A DNA stretch of 64,000 nt from a virus (Duplodnaviria > Caudoviricetes): positions 32,001-96,000 of IMG/VR virus record IMGVR_UViG_2671180244_000004; one strand, given 5' to 3'. This document shows, one piece after another, positions 9,220-19,244 of this stretch (within the stretch, counting starts at the first letter, position 1; each line of letters starts with the position of its first letter). The notes under the pieces were generated by a model, which was not told the origin of the DNA, ran no database searches, and saw nothing but the letters and a program-made list of their open reading frames with translations. A program made the translations under genes and the position numbers.

Positions 9220-10011
9220 CTAATAAAGTTCAGGTGAATTAAACTTAACCTCTCTATAACCCAAACCTTTTAAATGCTCTTCCCAAACTTCAAATATTTT
9301 GTCTATTTCAGGTTTTATTTCCTGCTGTTTTTCCCATGTCTCAAGATTTCTATTAATTTCTTTCTGACTAGATTTAATTCCACCTTCATGATTTTTAATT
9401 AATTGTGTAAGCATATCTATGTATTCTTTCTTTTTAAATGGATGTACCAGCAAGGTGAAACATTGAATTGCTATGTACTTAAATGGATTCTTGATGAATC
9501 GATTGTTATCTTTTAAAAGTCCAAATAAGGGACTTTTTAAAACTTCTGTGTATCGTTTAATAGAATCTTCAGACTCTCGAATTCTATCTCTAATATCTTG
9601 ATCCATTCTCTTGTAGTGCTTTTCTGAAGTCCATTCAACAGTTCGTCCGTATATTTTTGATTCCCAATTCACTCTAAGAACACTACCTTTATCGGTGATA
9701 ATTGTGAAAGGATTTAAGTTTGCTGTAGAAATTTTGACACTACATCCATCATATATGTTTCCCACATAGTCATTAAGAAGCTGTAAAACTCGCTGTCTAA
9801 TATCTATTGAAAACTTACTCTTTGCTTCCTTGTCTAAAGCATTAAATAAATTCTTTTGGTCAATGGTTAGACTTGCTAAGTATGTATTTAGGTTGCTTAA
9901 AACATTGTCTTTATCTTTGAGAATGGTTGAATATGCATTACACAAGTAATCTAGATCAGCTTGTTTATTTAATGTGGCCTGTTTTAATTCGCTTAACATT
10001 AAATTCCTCAC
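9220..10011 (-). CDS. hypothetical protein
   Basis: 263 aa ORF in the array orientation; start uncertain. Confidence 0.7.
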   Translation of the reverse strand: MRNLMLSELKQATLNKQADLDYLCNAYSTILKDKDNVLSNLNTYLASLTIDQKNLFNALDKEAKSKFSIDIRQRVLQLLNDYVGNIYDGCSVKISTANLNPFTIITDKGSVLRVNWESKIYGRTVEWTSEKHYKRMDQDIRDRIRESEDSIKRYTEVLKSPLFGLLKDNNRFIKNPFKYIAIQCFTLLVHPFKKKEYIDMLTQLIKNHEGGIKSSQKEINRNLETWEKQQEIKPEIDKIFEVWEEHLKGLGYREVKFNSPELY

Positions 10012-10016
10012 TTTCG

Positions 10017-10034
10017 TTAAAAGGTTGTTTTTAT
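10017..10034. repeat. 18-bp boundary palindrome
   Basis: TTAAAA-GGTTGT-TTTTAT; contains the stop of ORF 10031-10219. Confidence 0.75.
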
Positions 10035-10219
10035 CTAAAAATATAAATAATCAAAAGCCATATTAATATTGAAATTATGCTCACATTAATCAATGTAATC
10101 AGTATTAATTGTTGTCTTTTCCACCTTTCCATTGTATTAGATGTTGACTCAAGACTTCTCTCCAATTTCAAGAGTGATTTTTCTATCGACTTCACAATTA
10201 ATCTCCTTAATGATCTCAA
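10031..10219 (-). CDS. small membrane-anchored protein
   Basis: C-terminal TM helix; true start may be internal (GTG after AAGGAG). Confidence 0.5.
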   Translation of the reverse strand: MRSLRRLIVKSIEKSLLKLERSLESTSNTMERWKRQQLILITLINVSIISILIWLLIIYIFR

Positions 10220-10256
10220 TTGCCTTATTAAAAATAAGTAATCGTTTATTGAATGG

Positions 10257-10979
10257 CTACTTCAAATCATTTGGACTGATAACTATAGATTCTTCCCAGT
10301 TTGGAAAGTAAGTAAGGGTACTTTTTTTGATTTTTTCAGCAAAAGTATTTAAAAACACTTGAAGTTCTTCCACATGCTCCATTGTGTTTTCATATGCGTT
10401 TTCATGTAGTTCTTCTGTTGCACTTTCAATGATGGATTGAGCATCAAATGACAGAGACATTTGGTTTGTTTTAAAAAGCCTCATGTTAGGTATATTTGAT
10501 ATTTCTATATCGCCTTGCTCAATTTCGTCTTGCAAAAACTCAATGACATCATCTATACTCTCGAAAAACTGTCCGTAATTGTCTAAGTACAACATATATG
10601 TACAGTCTTCTTTTAAATGTTCTTCTACACTTGTTTTTATAGCTTTGTTCCACTTCTCCAAAGCCTTTAAATGCTGCTTCTCGCTTTGCATGTTTTTATA
10701 TCCTGTACAATCACACCAGCCTTTTCTTCCTAATAATTCATTGCAGTGTGTGCATTTATGCTGTACACCGTTATAGCAATGTGAGCAACCTGTAATAGTT
10801 TGTTTTTTATGAGGAAGCATCTCGGTATATTTATCTTTATCACTTGTCAACCCGAATGGATTATCAGAAACTTGTAATCCAGCACCTCCGCATTTAGGGC
10901 AAATTTCTTCATTTTCTCCCAAATCTTTTTTTAGTATTAAGTCAAAATTAACTTCTATATTTTCAGTACGAATACTCAT
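10257..10979 (-). CDS. Cys-rich (DnaJ-type CxxCxGxG) hypothetical protein
   Basis: CPKCGGAG, CSHCYNG, CTHC motifs. Confidence 0.75.
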   Translation of the reverse strand: MSIRTENIEVNFDLILKKDLGENEEICPKCGGAGLQVSDNPFGLTSDKDKYTEMLPHKKQTITGCSHCYNGVQHKCTHCNELLGRKGWCDCTGYKNMQSEKQHLKALEKWNKAIKTSVEEHLKEDCTYMLYLDNYGQFFESIDDVIEFLQDEIEQGDIEISNIPNMRLFKTNQMSLSFDAQSIIESATEELHENAYENTMEHVEELQVFLNTFAEKIKKSTLTYFPNWEESIVISPNDLK

Positions 10980-11486
10980 TTAAATTCCTCCGTTTCTTTC
11001 GTCAATCATATTCTTGTGTCTACCACAGCTTGGCGCCATCCATACGGTCATTGCATAAGTGTGGGCTTCATTAGTGTAATGACAGTGGTTTACTGAAATG
11101 TGTTGTCTAGCTTCTTCTTCTGTGAAGAAGATTGTATCGCTATGTGTAATTCGGGCTTTTTTCTCGAGGAAGAACTTTGCTCCTTCATCTTCGTATTTCT
11201 GTATCCATTCTAAAATTTCATCGTAGTCATTATTGCATTCATCCAGTTCCTTTAATTGTTCACCACTAAATTCTCCGTCTTCTTTTGCACTTTCGATGTA
11301 ATCTTCAACAGGATAAGATTCTTCTGCATTAGGTAAGTACACAGAATATCGCTCAGCGTTTCCTTCATTTGCTTCAACCCACTTATAGTCACCTACAACC
11401 CAAAATCTTGGTGCAGCCTGACAATCAACATCCTGTGTTTTCAATTCTTGTTGCAATTCTTTTAGAAATTGAATAGCTTCTTTCAT
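10980..11486 (-). CDS. hypothetical phage protein
   Basis: 168 aa, translationally coupled to neighbours. Confidence 0.75.
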   Translation of the reverse strand: MKEAIQFLKELQQELKTQDVDCQAAPRFWVVGDYKWVEANEGNAERYSVYLPNAEESYPVEDYIESAKEDGEFSGEQLKELDECNNDYDEILEWIQKYEDEGAKFFLEKKARITHSDTIFFTEEEARQHISVNHCHYTNEAHTYAMTVWMAPSCGRHKNMIDERNGGI

Positions 11487-11653
11487 ACCGTTCCCTCAAG
11501 TAATTCGAAAGACACTGAGGTAACGTGTGGATCATCGTATAAAGTGGATTCTATAGCTGCTAACTCACTCTCATTTGCAACAGTTCTTACATATGAATTT
11601 TCTATTGTTTCTCCCATGTAGTTTTGTTTGTAATGAACTATAAATTTTTTCAT
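11483..11653 (-). CDS. hypothetical protein
   Basis: MKKFIVHYKQ..., coupled to the upstream stop, RBS GGAGG. Confidence 0.65.
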   Translation of the reverse strand: MKKFIVHYKQNYMGETIENSYVRTVANESELAAIESTLYDDPHVTSVSFELLEGTV

Positions 11654-12060
11654 TTCGCTTCCTCCCATTCTCTGAAACTATACGGATAATCAGTTTTGGA
11701 AATAAAACCGATTTCCTTTGCCTTTTGACGAATCTTTTCACAGCCTTCACGGCTATACGCCCATATTTCTTTGTAATCTCTGAGAGCGCCATATCGACCC
11801 GTGATGATAAACTCCCTCATACTGTTGACCAGCTGCCACATGTTATCGCCGTGTGAAAATCCCTCTACTCTTCGTCCTCGTTCATATGGATAAACATATT
11901 CTCCTGTATAATCGTCAATGAAGAATAGCTTGGTTTTAAATCTAAATGAGGCAACCCGATCTTTTGATTTGCAATAAAAAGTCCTTCTATCAGTACTTGC
12001 TATGAGCTTGATAAGCTCGTTAATATCATTCATTCGCTTTATTTGTTCCTTACTGGCCAT
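11650..12060 (-). CDS. hypothetical phage protein
   Basis: 136 aa, RBS AAGGAGG. Confidence 0.75.
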   Translation of the reverse strand: MASKEQIKRMNDINELIKLIASTDRRTFYCKSKDRVASFRFKTKLFFIDDYTGEYVYPYERGRRVEGFSHGDNMWQLVNSMREFIITGRYGALRDYKEIWAYSREGCEKIRQKAKEIGFISKTDYPYSFREWEEAK

Positions 12061-12082
12061 TCATTTCCTCCTTTTAAATTGA

Positions 12083-12100
12083 ATAAAAAATTACTTTTAT
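12083..12100. repeat. 18-bp boundary palindrome
   Basis: ATAAAA-AATTAC-TTTTAT; contains the stop of ORF 12097-12768. Confidence 0.8.
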
Positions 12101-12768
12101 TGAGTTTTATTTAAAAAATCACAATAGCTTTGACACTCATCAGCAGTTTTGAAAAACGTATTATAACTATTCAATTGAACGAACTCCATCTCTAAACTAT
12201 AAATATTTTCGGCTCGAATCGAATGATCATAAGTAAAATACTCATCACGATCACTCCCGTTCATTCTGTAAAACGCATTTACATATCGATGACCGCCTGA
12301 GTTCACAAGTGAAAAAGAATAGCGTATGTATTCTTCTGGGGTATAAACTCTTTTTTCAATAGAACAAGAGCAATTTTCAAATGCTTTATTGCCAAGTGGC
12401 GTAATATATTCTATCTGTCTATTTTCATTACACTGAGAACACTTATCTTGCGCTACTTTTGATGGGTAAGCTTTGTACATAATAACTTCAGAACCATTCA
12501 TAAGTTCTGAGAGTCTTTTGTTTTTCAACTCCATTTCCATCTTGTGGCGTTCCCTGTCTAACCTTCTTGATTTCTCTTTGTATTCTTTTTCAATAGTATC
12601 TAAATTCTCTTTTACTACTTGGAGTTCTTTGTTTTCCTTCTTCAGTTGCTCCATTTCACTCAAATATTCTTGTTTTACTGATTTCAACAAACTTTCCTTA
12701 AATTCATTGATTTGTTTTTCAAACTCATTTGGCTCATTAAAAAATTCTTCCTTATAAAAATAGTCCAT
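12097..12768 (-). CDS. hypothetical coiled-coil/Zn protein
   Basis: Probable start MDYFY with RBS GAGGAGG; CxxC...CxC. Confidence 0.75.
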   Translation of the reverse strand: MDYFYKEEFFNEPNEFEKQINEFKESLLKSVKQEYLSEMEQLKKENKELQVVKENLDTIEKEYKEKSRRLDRERHKMEMELKNKRLSELMNGSEVIMYKAYPSKVAQDKCSQCNENRQIEYITPLGNKAFENCSCSIEKRVYTPEEYIRYSFSLVNSGGHRYVNAFYRMNGSDRDEYFTYDHSIRAENIYSLEMEFVQLNSYNTFFKTADECQSYCDFLNKTQ

Positions 12769-12788
12769 TTCAATCCTCCTCAATTTAT

Positions 12789-12806
12789 ATGAAATCTCTG
12801 TTTTAC
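12789..12806. repeat. 18-bp boundary palindrome
   Basis: ATGAAA-TCTCTG-TTTTAC. Confidence 0.65.
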
Positions 12807-12821
12807 TCTAATTGACATATG

Positions 12822-13037
12822 TTATTTTTTAATTAATCCGCCGTTATCTTCTTCAATATGTACCATCCACTGTTCATATAGCTCATCGTACCAGGCATTG
12901 CTAACCGCAGTATAAACACCAATACCTTCTTCATGAAGCATTTTAAAGATTTGCCCACTCTTCAAATTTTCAAATGACTGTTCAATCCATGTTCCCTCAA
13001 CATACACATGCACCTGTTCAGTTCCGACTACAGACAT
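12822..13037 (-). CDS. hypothetical protein
   Basis: 71 aa, RBS AAGGAAGTG, divergent from ligB. Confidence 0.65.
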   Translation of the reverse strand: MSVVGTEQVHVYVEGTWIEQSFENLKSGQIFKMLHEEGIGVYTAVSNAWYDELYEQWMVHIEEDNGGLIKK

Positions 13038-13147
13038 CGCATCACTTCCTTTTTAATTTTTCGTATTATTCACACTCACTAATGCATGTACAATCCCAGT
13101 AAGTACCACTGCCCTTTCGCTTTATATAACGCCTTCTCTTAGTTAAT

Positions 13148-13984
13148 ATGATATATGTAGGAGGTGATATTTTGTTCGTATCGCCAATGTTATTGCATTC
13201 GATCAAAGAACCATTCGATGACGATAGTTATATTACAGAGCTTAAATTTGATGGAATAAGACTCATTCTTTCCAAATTTAATGATCAGATAAAGCTATTC
13301 ACCCGACATAACAACGAAGTAACAAGCAAATTCCCAGAGCTCTTGGATTTAGATATCCCAAATGGTACAGTTCTCGATGGTGAAGTTATTGTAGCTGCTC
13401 CAAATGGTGCTCCTGACTTTGAGGCTATAATGGAACGTTTTATGTCCAAAAAATCAGATCATAGTATTGTTTACTGTGTCTTTGATATTATTTTTAAAGA
13501 TGGATATTCTATTGCAGTTAAACCGCTCAGTGAGCGTAAGAACCTTCTTTATTCACTTGAACTGAATCACCCTAATGTCTTTGTAATCTCAGGAATTCAA
13601 GGTAACGGTCTATCTTACTTTAACTTGATCAAAGAAAAGGACTTAGAAGGAATCGTACTTAAAAGAGCTGACTCTCCTTATGAAATAAATAAACGGTCTC
13701 ATAATTGGCTTAAAGTTATTAATTATGAATACACCGAAGTTCTCATTACGGGCTATACAAAAGAAGATATAAAATTCCTTCTTTCCTATCCAGATGGATC
13801 ACCAGCTGGATTTATGGAATTTATACCACGAGAAGAACGAAGTAGATTCCACTCTATGAAACAAGTAAAGTCTGAATCTGATGAATATGTATTTATTGAT
13901 CCTATTGTATGTAAGGTTAAGCACAGATTTAAGACTAAGCATGGCAAACTCCGCATACCTTCCTTCGATTCTTGGAGAGTATAA
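13148..13984 (+). CDS. ligB: ATP-dependent DNA ligase
   Basis: ELKFDGIR, LDGEV, EGIVLK, WLKV motifs; true start probably TTG at ~13172. Confidence 0.93.
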   Translation: MIYVGGDILFVSPMLLHSIKEPFDDDSYITELKFDGIRLILSKFNDQIKLFTRHNNEVTSKFPELLDLDIPNGTVLDGEVIVAAPNGAPDFEAIMERFMSKKSDHSIVYCVFDIIFKDGYSIAVKPLSERKNLLYSLELNHPNVFVISGIQGNGLSYFNLIKEKDLEGIVLKRADSPYEINKRSHNWLKVINYEYTEVLITGYTKEDIKFLLSYPDGSPAGFMEFIPREERSRFHSMKQVKSESDEYVFIDPIVCKVKHRFKTKHGKLRIPSFDSWRV

Positions 13985-14004
13985 CCTCTCCGTTACATAA
14001 CTCC

Positions 14005-14022
14005 TTAAAAACTATCTTTTAT
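14005..14022. repeat. 18-bp boundary palindrome
   Basis: TTAAAA-ACTATC-TTTTAT. Confidence 0.75.
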
Positions 14023-14181
14023 TTGAAATATTGCACAACTCCATAACTTTCAAAGTTAAATGGCTGTGGTGGCGGAGTTGATCCTAATAAGGCGTATGAT
14101 TTTCGTCGCATTTGTTTAAATGCCATAATTCCGATACACTCTCCTCTATTTTGTTACATTAGTTAATTTGGTTACACCAAA

Positions 14182-14892
14182 TCAATCATACTCAGTATTG
14201 GCAATCTCTAACTCCACGTTATCTTCATCAACAATCAATTTTGAACCCCGTGCATACATTTTAAACAGAATTTCTTCTAACCCACGGAATCCCCTCATGA
14301 TAGCCCGTGCATCAAATTCATTTACGTCTCTTGAATGACGTCTGTTCTCTTTGATTTGAATGTTGCTAATTTTACCCGTTTCCTTATCCACCCAAAATGT
14401 ATATTTACAATCATACTTTTCTTTGTCGTTTTCGCTATCAAGATAAATGATCTTTGATAAACTAAAAGTATCATCAATGATCATTGTCATTTCATGGTAA
14501 TCATCATATTCCAAGTCATCTGTCTCAACCTCTTTAGCCATTTCCTTTACAAGTTCAGATAGGCTGTATTCAGATTTTGCTGAATCTAATAATGAATCAA
14601 TTGTTTCGTTAATTCTCTTCACACCTTCACTTGCAATTGAATCATCCAACTTTTCTTTTACAGCTTTCATAATGAATGTATTATAAGAAGCTAAGTCTAG
14701 TTCTTTAAGATTCACTTGTAACTCCTCTTCTACTTGTTTCTTCAGGTTTTTAGAAAACTCACTCCAGTTACCAAAAAGATCTCCAACAATTGAACCAATT
14801 GTCTTAGCAATATGATTATCAACAATTTCTTGCACCTTTCCTTCTGTCTCCATCTTTGTCAAGCTCTTCATAACCATTTTATTTAAGTCCAT
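14182..14892 (-). CDS. hypothetical phage protein
   Basis: Probable start MDLNKMV with RBS AAGGGG. Confidence 0.75.
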   Translation of the reverse strand: MDLNKMVMKSLTKMETEGKVQEIVDNHIAKTIGSIVGDLFGNWSEFSKNLKKQVEEELQVNLKELDLASYNTFIMKAVKEKLDDSIASEGVKRINETIDSLLDSAKSEYSLSELVKEMAKEVETDDLEYDDYHEMTMIIDDTFSLSKIIYLDSENDKEKYDCKYTFWVDKETGKISNIQIKENRRHSRDVNEFDARAIMRGFRGLEEILFKMYARGSKLIVDEDNVELEIANTEYD

Positions 14893-14930
14893 TGCTATTC
14901 CCCTTTTCTTATATTTAAAATGTATTCTCC

Positions 14931-14948
14931 TTAAAATCACGATTTCAT
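14931..14948. repeat. 18-bp boundary palindrome
   Basis: TTAAAA-TCACGA-TTTCAT; abuts the stop of the 14949-15104 ORF. Confidence 0.7.
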
Positions 14949-15104
14949 CTAAACTGTTAAACCTGCTTGTCGATTATTCATCATGATTTTAATCAATTTG
15001 TTGTTTCTCATTTCTTCTTTCTCTTTCAGAATTGCTTCTTCATTAGCTGCCAGCTTCATTTTCAATTTAACGTTTTCTTTAATCAATTTCTTCATATTGT
15101 TCAT
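14949..15104 (-). CDS. small protein (51 aa)
   Basis: MNNMKKLIKENVKLKMKL..., RBS GGGAGG. Confidence 0.55.
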   Translation of the reverse strand: MNNMKKLIKENVKLKMKLAANEEAILKEKEEMRNNKLIKIMMNNRQAGLTV

Positions 15105-15130
15105 ATGTATTACCTCCCTCAAGATGTGTG

Positions 15131-15334
15131 TTATTTATATTCAAACAATGTACCTTCATCTGTCTTTGGAACTTTAGTACATTGATTTGAATTTGTTTTA
15201 TTTCTAACATAAATATATTCCTTATCCTCATCAAGAACTTCATATTCTTTATCCTTTATGAAATATAAAGTATATGGATACTCTGCAAGAGCAATGTCTT
15301 TTTTAAAAATTACCTTGTCCACTTCTTTCACCAT
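15131..15334 (-). CDS. hypothetical protein
   Basis: 67 aa ORF; start uncertain. Confidence 0.55.
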   Translation of the reverse strand: MVKEVDKVIFKKDIALAEYPYTLYFIKDKEYEVLDEDKEYIYVRNKTNSNQCTKVPKTDEGTLFEYK

Positions 15335-15486
15335 CCTTCTTATATTGTTTATAGGCTACATACGACTTCCAACTGCAGTTCTCAAATATGTTTATGTCTG
15401 CTTTATGGTGCACCTTATACCAGATAAGATTAAACTTCGCTGTTTGATATACAAAATATATGTAATTTATCATATTTTCACCTTAA

Positions 15487-15681
15487 TTACTCATCCCACT
15501 CAGAATCATCAAACGGTTCTAGATCAACCTTACTTTCCCATCCTTCAACAAAAATTGTTTCATTGTCTCTATGCTTCAATAGGAAATCCGCTAATCCTTC
15601 TGGAGTTCTAATCATTGTTTCTTCATCGATCATATCTAAAACAATCTCTCTTACCATTAAATTTGTTACAACTGTTTTCAT
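15487..15681 (-). CDS. hypothetical acidic protein
   Basis: 64 aa, RBS GGGAGGGG. Confidence 0.7.
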   Translation of the reverse strand: MKTVVTNLMVREIVLDMIDEETMIRTPEGLADFLLKHRDNETIFVEGWESKVDLEPFDDSEWDE

Positions 15682-15700
15682 ACTTCCCCTCCCAATTCTT

Positions 15701-15718
15701 ATGAAATAATCCTTTTAT
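15701..15718. repeat. 18-bp boundary palindrome
   Basis: ATGAAA-TAATCC-TTTTAT. Confidence 0.75.
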
Positions 15719-15719
15719 T

Positions 15720-15857
15720 TTAATCAATCGCAGATACTTCAACTTCAGTAAAATCTTCAATTTCAACGTATAACTCATCGTCTTCAAAATGAACAGTCTT
15801 TACTGGTGTAACAATTTTTCCGTTTTCTATCCAAATATCTTCTCCATTCTTATTCAT
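15720..15857 (-). CDS. small acidic protein (45 aa)
   Basis: MNKNGEDIWIENGKIVTPVK..., RBS GGAGGTGA. Confidence 0.55.
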   Translation of the reverse strand: MNKNGEDIWIENGKIVTPVKTVHFEDDELYVEIEDFTEVEVSAID

Positions 15858-15872
15858 TGTAAAACTCACCTC

Positions 15873-16548
15873 CTAGCTAGGCGTATAGTAAATGTCTAAT
15901 TGAAAATCATATTGCGGATACAGTCTCCATATTTCATGACCTAAATATCTATTCTGAGCATAGTATAAGCAGTTTGATGTAGCGCTCTTGCTCCCATCAT
16001 AAATCGCTACAATACTCTTACTGTGATCCACCATGTACTCATTTCTTCTACTTAGCTTTGCGACTGAGTATTCTCCAATTGGAACTGTATTGTCTTTGTA
16101 ATTTTCAATTTTATCAACTTTAATTACTTCATCTGCTTTATCAAGCATCTTTCTATACCAGGCCTTTTGTTCCGCAGACCATTTCTTATCTTGATTTTCA
16201 AATGGCACCGCAACAATATTTTTTATATGAGGATACTTCTCTTTCATAATATGTACACACCAGAACGCAGCAGTATCAGCACCTAAAGCACCACCAGTGA
16301 TAAATCGTTCGCTTTCATTTTCTTCAATCAATGTTTCAATCACTTCGAGAAGCTTTTCTTTTAACTTCAACATTGTAGGGTTCTTCATGTCATATCCACC
16401 TAATTTTTGTGGACGGTGGCCTGTGAAGCACACTGTTTTATGTCTTATTTTTTCACTTTCTTCATAGTTACGCCTTTCTTCTTCTCTCTTTTTCCCTATG
16501 CTGCTTTATCCACTCAGGATCAGAAAACTTTTTAAAATCAATAGCCAA
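15873..16548 (-). pseudogene. yoqJ: YoqJ/DUF1273 SLOG-family protein, apparent 1-nt frameshift near the 5' end
   Basis: CFTGHRP, GGALGAD, RRNEYMVD motifs. TTG at 16548 with RBS joins the ORF if one A of the run at 16489-16493 is removed. Confidence 0.7.
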
Positions 16549-16580
16549 TTCATCAACACCTTTCAATTGGTTCTGGAATA

Positions 16581-16853
16581 TTACCTTAGCAATCTCTGCA
16601 ATGAATCAATTTCACTTTTCAAACTTTTAATTTCTGTTTCAAGCTTCTTCTTTGTTTCATGATGTTCTTCCTCTTCAAGTTCAATCAACTTCTCATAAGA
16701 ATGATACGGCTGGTTGCCAATCCAAATTGAATATTCGTCAGTTTCTGGAATGTAGTTAACTGTAAAACATTGTGGATGATAATCTACGTCTTTAAGGAAC
16801 CCAACAACATCATCCCATTTCTTCAATCGATCATACATACTCATACAAGTCAC
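16581..16853 (-). CDS. hypothetical protein
   Basis: 90 aa ORF with C-terminal coiled coil. Confidence 0.7.
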   Translation of the reverse strand: MTCMSMYDRLKKWDDVVGFLKDVDYHPQCFTVNYIPETDEYSIWIGNQPYHSYEKLIELEEEEHHETKKKLETEIKSLKSEIDSLQRLLR

Positions 16854-16863
16854 ACCCTTTCCC

Positions 16864-16881
16864 TTAAAACAGTCTTTTTAT
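16864..16881. repeat. 18-bp boundary palindrome
   Basis: TTAAAA-CAGTCT-TTTTAT. Confidence 0.75.
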
Positions 16882-17001
16882 TTTAATATTGTACACGCTG
16901 CCAACGAATCATAATATTTAATCATCTTTGTATTAATTAATCTGTTGATTATGTTGCTTGGCAACGTGTAGAAGTTTCATTTTTAACAAACATTAATAGT
17001 T

Positions 17002-17592
17002 TTAGAATTTAGCATTGAGTTTTTCTATTTCTTTGTTGATGCCTTTTAAATTTTCAGTGACATCTTCTAAGGTTGCTTTATTAGTCCAAACTAATCCCCC
17101 TATATAGTTCAAATCAAAATCATAGCTCCTACTATATTGATTACCATTGATATCATAGTAACTAAAATTACATGTAAACACAGGATATCCGGAATCATCT
17201 TTAATGTCTGAAATCTCAGCTGCGATACCCTTGATCTCCTGGGTTGGGGCGAAAGTTTTTATAGTCGTATCAAAAAGACCATTTTTAATTTTGCACATAT
17301 GACTTTTGTGGAAATTGCCACTCTTCTCTTCTAAACTGGCGGTGATATTAGTCGCAACTCCATTGCCGATATTCTTCATTTTAAAATCTAATCTAGACTC
17401 ATTTAGCTCAAAATAGATTATTATTTCAGGTTCTTTCTTACTCTCATATTCTTTTTTAGCTAGTTGTGAAGCTTCTAAGCTAGCCTTTGAAGATTTTTTT
17501 GAATAAAATGCTATAAATATAGTTAATATAAACATCCCTAAATTTCCTGTGTTAGAAATGATCCAATTTAATACATCTAAGAATATGCCCAT
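17002..17592 (-). CDS. membrane-anchored hypothetical protein (moron)
   Basis: N-terminal TM, then a beta-rich domain (KNIGNGVA); own AT-rich upstream region. Confidence 0.75.
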   Translation of the reverse strand: MGIFLDVLNWIISNTGNLGMFILTIFIAFYSKKSSKASLEASQLAKKEYESKKEPEIIIYFELNESRLDFKMKNIGNGVATNITASLEEKSGNFHKSHMCKIKNGLFDTTIKTFAPTQEIKGIAAEISDIKDDSGYPVFTCNFSYYDINGNQYSRSYDFDLNYIGGLVWTNKATLEDVTENLKGINKEIEKLNAKF

Positions 17593-17753
17593 TATAAAAT
17601 CCCTTCCTTTTCATTGTTTAAGATTAAGTAGGACGTTTTGCTTTTAATTATATTATTGGTTAATTTTAATTAGACAGATTTTGGTTATGTATATTGGATA
17701 TTATACTATAGCCTTCTACTTTCTCACCATGAAATAGATTTGGATTTTTACTG

Positions 17754-17990
17754 TTAATCTAATTCCCTCATATCGTCTCTTTGTTTAATATAGCTCTTAA
17801 AACATTCCCAATCACGCTCAATTCCTTTAATATTTCCTGCAATAAAATTCTCTACTTTCTCTCCATCCACCATTTGGTTTACAGAAAGCTGATACATCAA
17901 ATCAATTTTATTGATCCTTTCCAAGAAACTCCGAGTATAATCTTTAGCTGTATTTAACCGTCCTTGACTCAATCCGTGTTTAGTCACCAT
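17754..17990 (-). CDS. hypothetical protein
   Basis: 78 aa, RBS AGGAG. Confidence 0.7.
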   Translation of the reverse strand: MVTKHGLSQGRLNTAKDYTRSFLERINKIDLMYQLSVNQMVDGEKVENFIAGNIKGIERDWECFKSYIKQRDDMRELD

Positions 17991-18019
17991 TGTTAATCAA
18001 TCTCCTATCCTAATTTAGA

Positions 18020-18037
18020 ATGAAATGCATCTTTTAT
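18020..18037. repeat. 18-bp boundary palindrome
   Basis: ATGAAA-TGCATC-TTTTAT. Confidence 0.75.
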
Positions 18038-18425
18038 TTAACGTTTTCGGCATATTTCTCAAAGAACTCTTCAATCGTTCTCAGGTATTTATATTTACTA
18101 GCATCCTCAGGATCCTCATATCTCTTTGTTAAGACAAGCTGCCAATTGAACTTAGTGGTGAAAATCTAGCCCATTTTTTAAAGCTAAGATGAAGTTTCAT
18201 CCACTCTCTTCCTGCTAATTCAGCAAGCTCTAAAATCATATCCTCTTTCTGATTGACATCATCTTCAAAAATTACATAGATTTCATCCATTGGCTCATGT
18301 CCAAAACAGCAGTGACGAGTTTTCAAACCCAGCTTAAAATTTAAAATGTCTATTAAGTTAATTAGTTGTTTGTCGATACGGTCGTATGGAATATTGTTTT
18401 CCAGAAACTTCTCTCTAATATTCAT
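18034..18425 (-). pseudogene. hypothetical phage protein with apparent 1-nt deletion
   Basis: Adding one base near 18152 extends the ORF to ...[38 protein letters not shown], with its stop inside the boundary palindrome. Confidence 0.55.
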
Positions 18426-18883
18426 GGTGTCACACTCTCAAGTTCATCCATTGCTTTGTTGGCCAACTCATCTGCCTTTTCATTCCCTGCATCTCCACTA
18501 TGTCCTTTTACTTTTAAGAATGTGACTGACGCTTGATTCTTAACAAGCTCGTTTAATTCCATCCAGAGTTCCTTATTTTCAACTGGTTTCTTGTTTGATT
18601 TACGCCAATTGTTTTTAATCCAATTCTTCACCCAGCTGTTCATACCATTTACAACGTATGCAGAGTCTGCATAAACCTCAATATGTATGTTATTTGTCTT
18701 TATGTGTTTTAAAGCTTCAATTACGCCTGTAAGCTCCATCACGTTGTTTGTTGTGTTTAGCTTGCCGCCTTTCAATTCAACTTCTTTCCCTTTATATGAT
18801 AAGACTGCTCCCCAGCCTCCAACATTTGTTTCGTTTTGGTTCCCTCTACAACCGCCATCAGTGTATACAATTACTTTTTCCAT
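18422..18883 (-). CDS. rnhA: ribonuclease HI
   Basis: [34 protein letters not shown] motifs. Confidence 0.93.
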   Translation of the reverse strand: MEKVIVYTDGGCRGNQNETNVGGWGAVLSYKGKEVELKGGKLNTTNNVMELTGVIEALKHIKTNNIHIEVYADSAYVVNGMNSWVKNWIKNNWRKSNKKPVENKELWMELNELVKNQASVTFLKVKGHSGDAGNEKADELANKAMDELESVTP

Positions 18884-18896
18884 AGCTCTCTCCTCC

Positions 18897-19208
18897 TTAA
18901 TAATGTTCAACAATTACTTTCCCCTTATTTATAAAGAACTGATTACCGTTATCTAAATGAATCCAGAACGCCTTCTCTGGCTCTTCACGATAGTCATAGA
19001 TAGAATATATCTTAGCTCCCATGAAGCCCTCTACACTATCTCCAATGGAATATGAGACATCTTCATCAATAAATCTAATTGACTTAATCAATGTATCCCT
19101 ACTTTCAGCTTCGCCATTTGCAATATTAAACATCTCAGTTATCATTTCTTCAGAATGAATGTAATTTGTATTTTTAATTCGAAAAAATATTCCTTTACGA
19201 TATAGCAT
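18897..19208 (-). CDS. hypothetical protein
   Basis: 103 aa, RBS GGAGGTGA. Confidence 0.7.
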   Translation of the reverse strand: MLYRKGIFFRIKNTNYIHSEEMITEMFNIANGEAESRDTLIKSIRFIDEDVSYSIGDSVEGFMGAKIYSIYDYREEPEKAFWIHLDNGNQFFINKGKVIVEHY

Positions 19209-19226
19209 TCACCTCCTAGAGTCTAA

Positions 19227-19244
19227 ATAAAACTTACATTTTAT
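19227..19244. repeat. 18-bp boundary palindrome
   Basis: ATAAAA-CTTACA-TTTTAT; stop of the 19234-19404 ORF lies in its core. Confidence 0.78.

Noticed and set aside
14019-14126. 35-aa minus-strand ORF ending in site 14005
   Set aside because: RBS is too far from the ATG; probably a remnant
16489-16496. Programmed -1 frameshift at GGGAAAA in the yoqJ-like gene
   Set aside because: Restoring the frame needs +1, and the heptamer is out of phase
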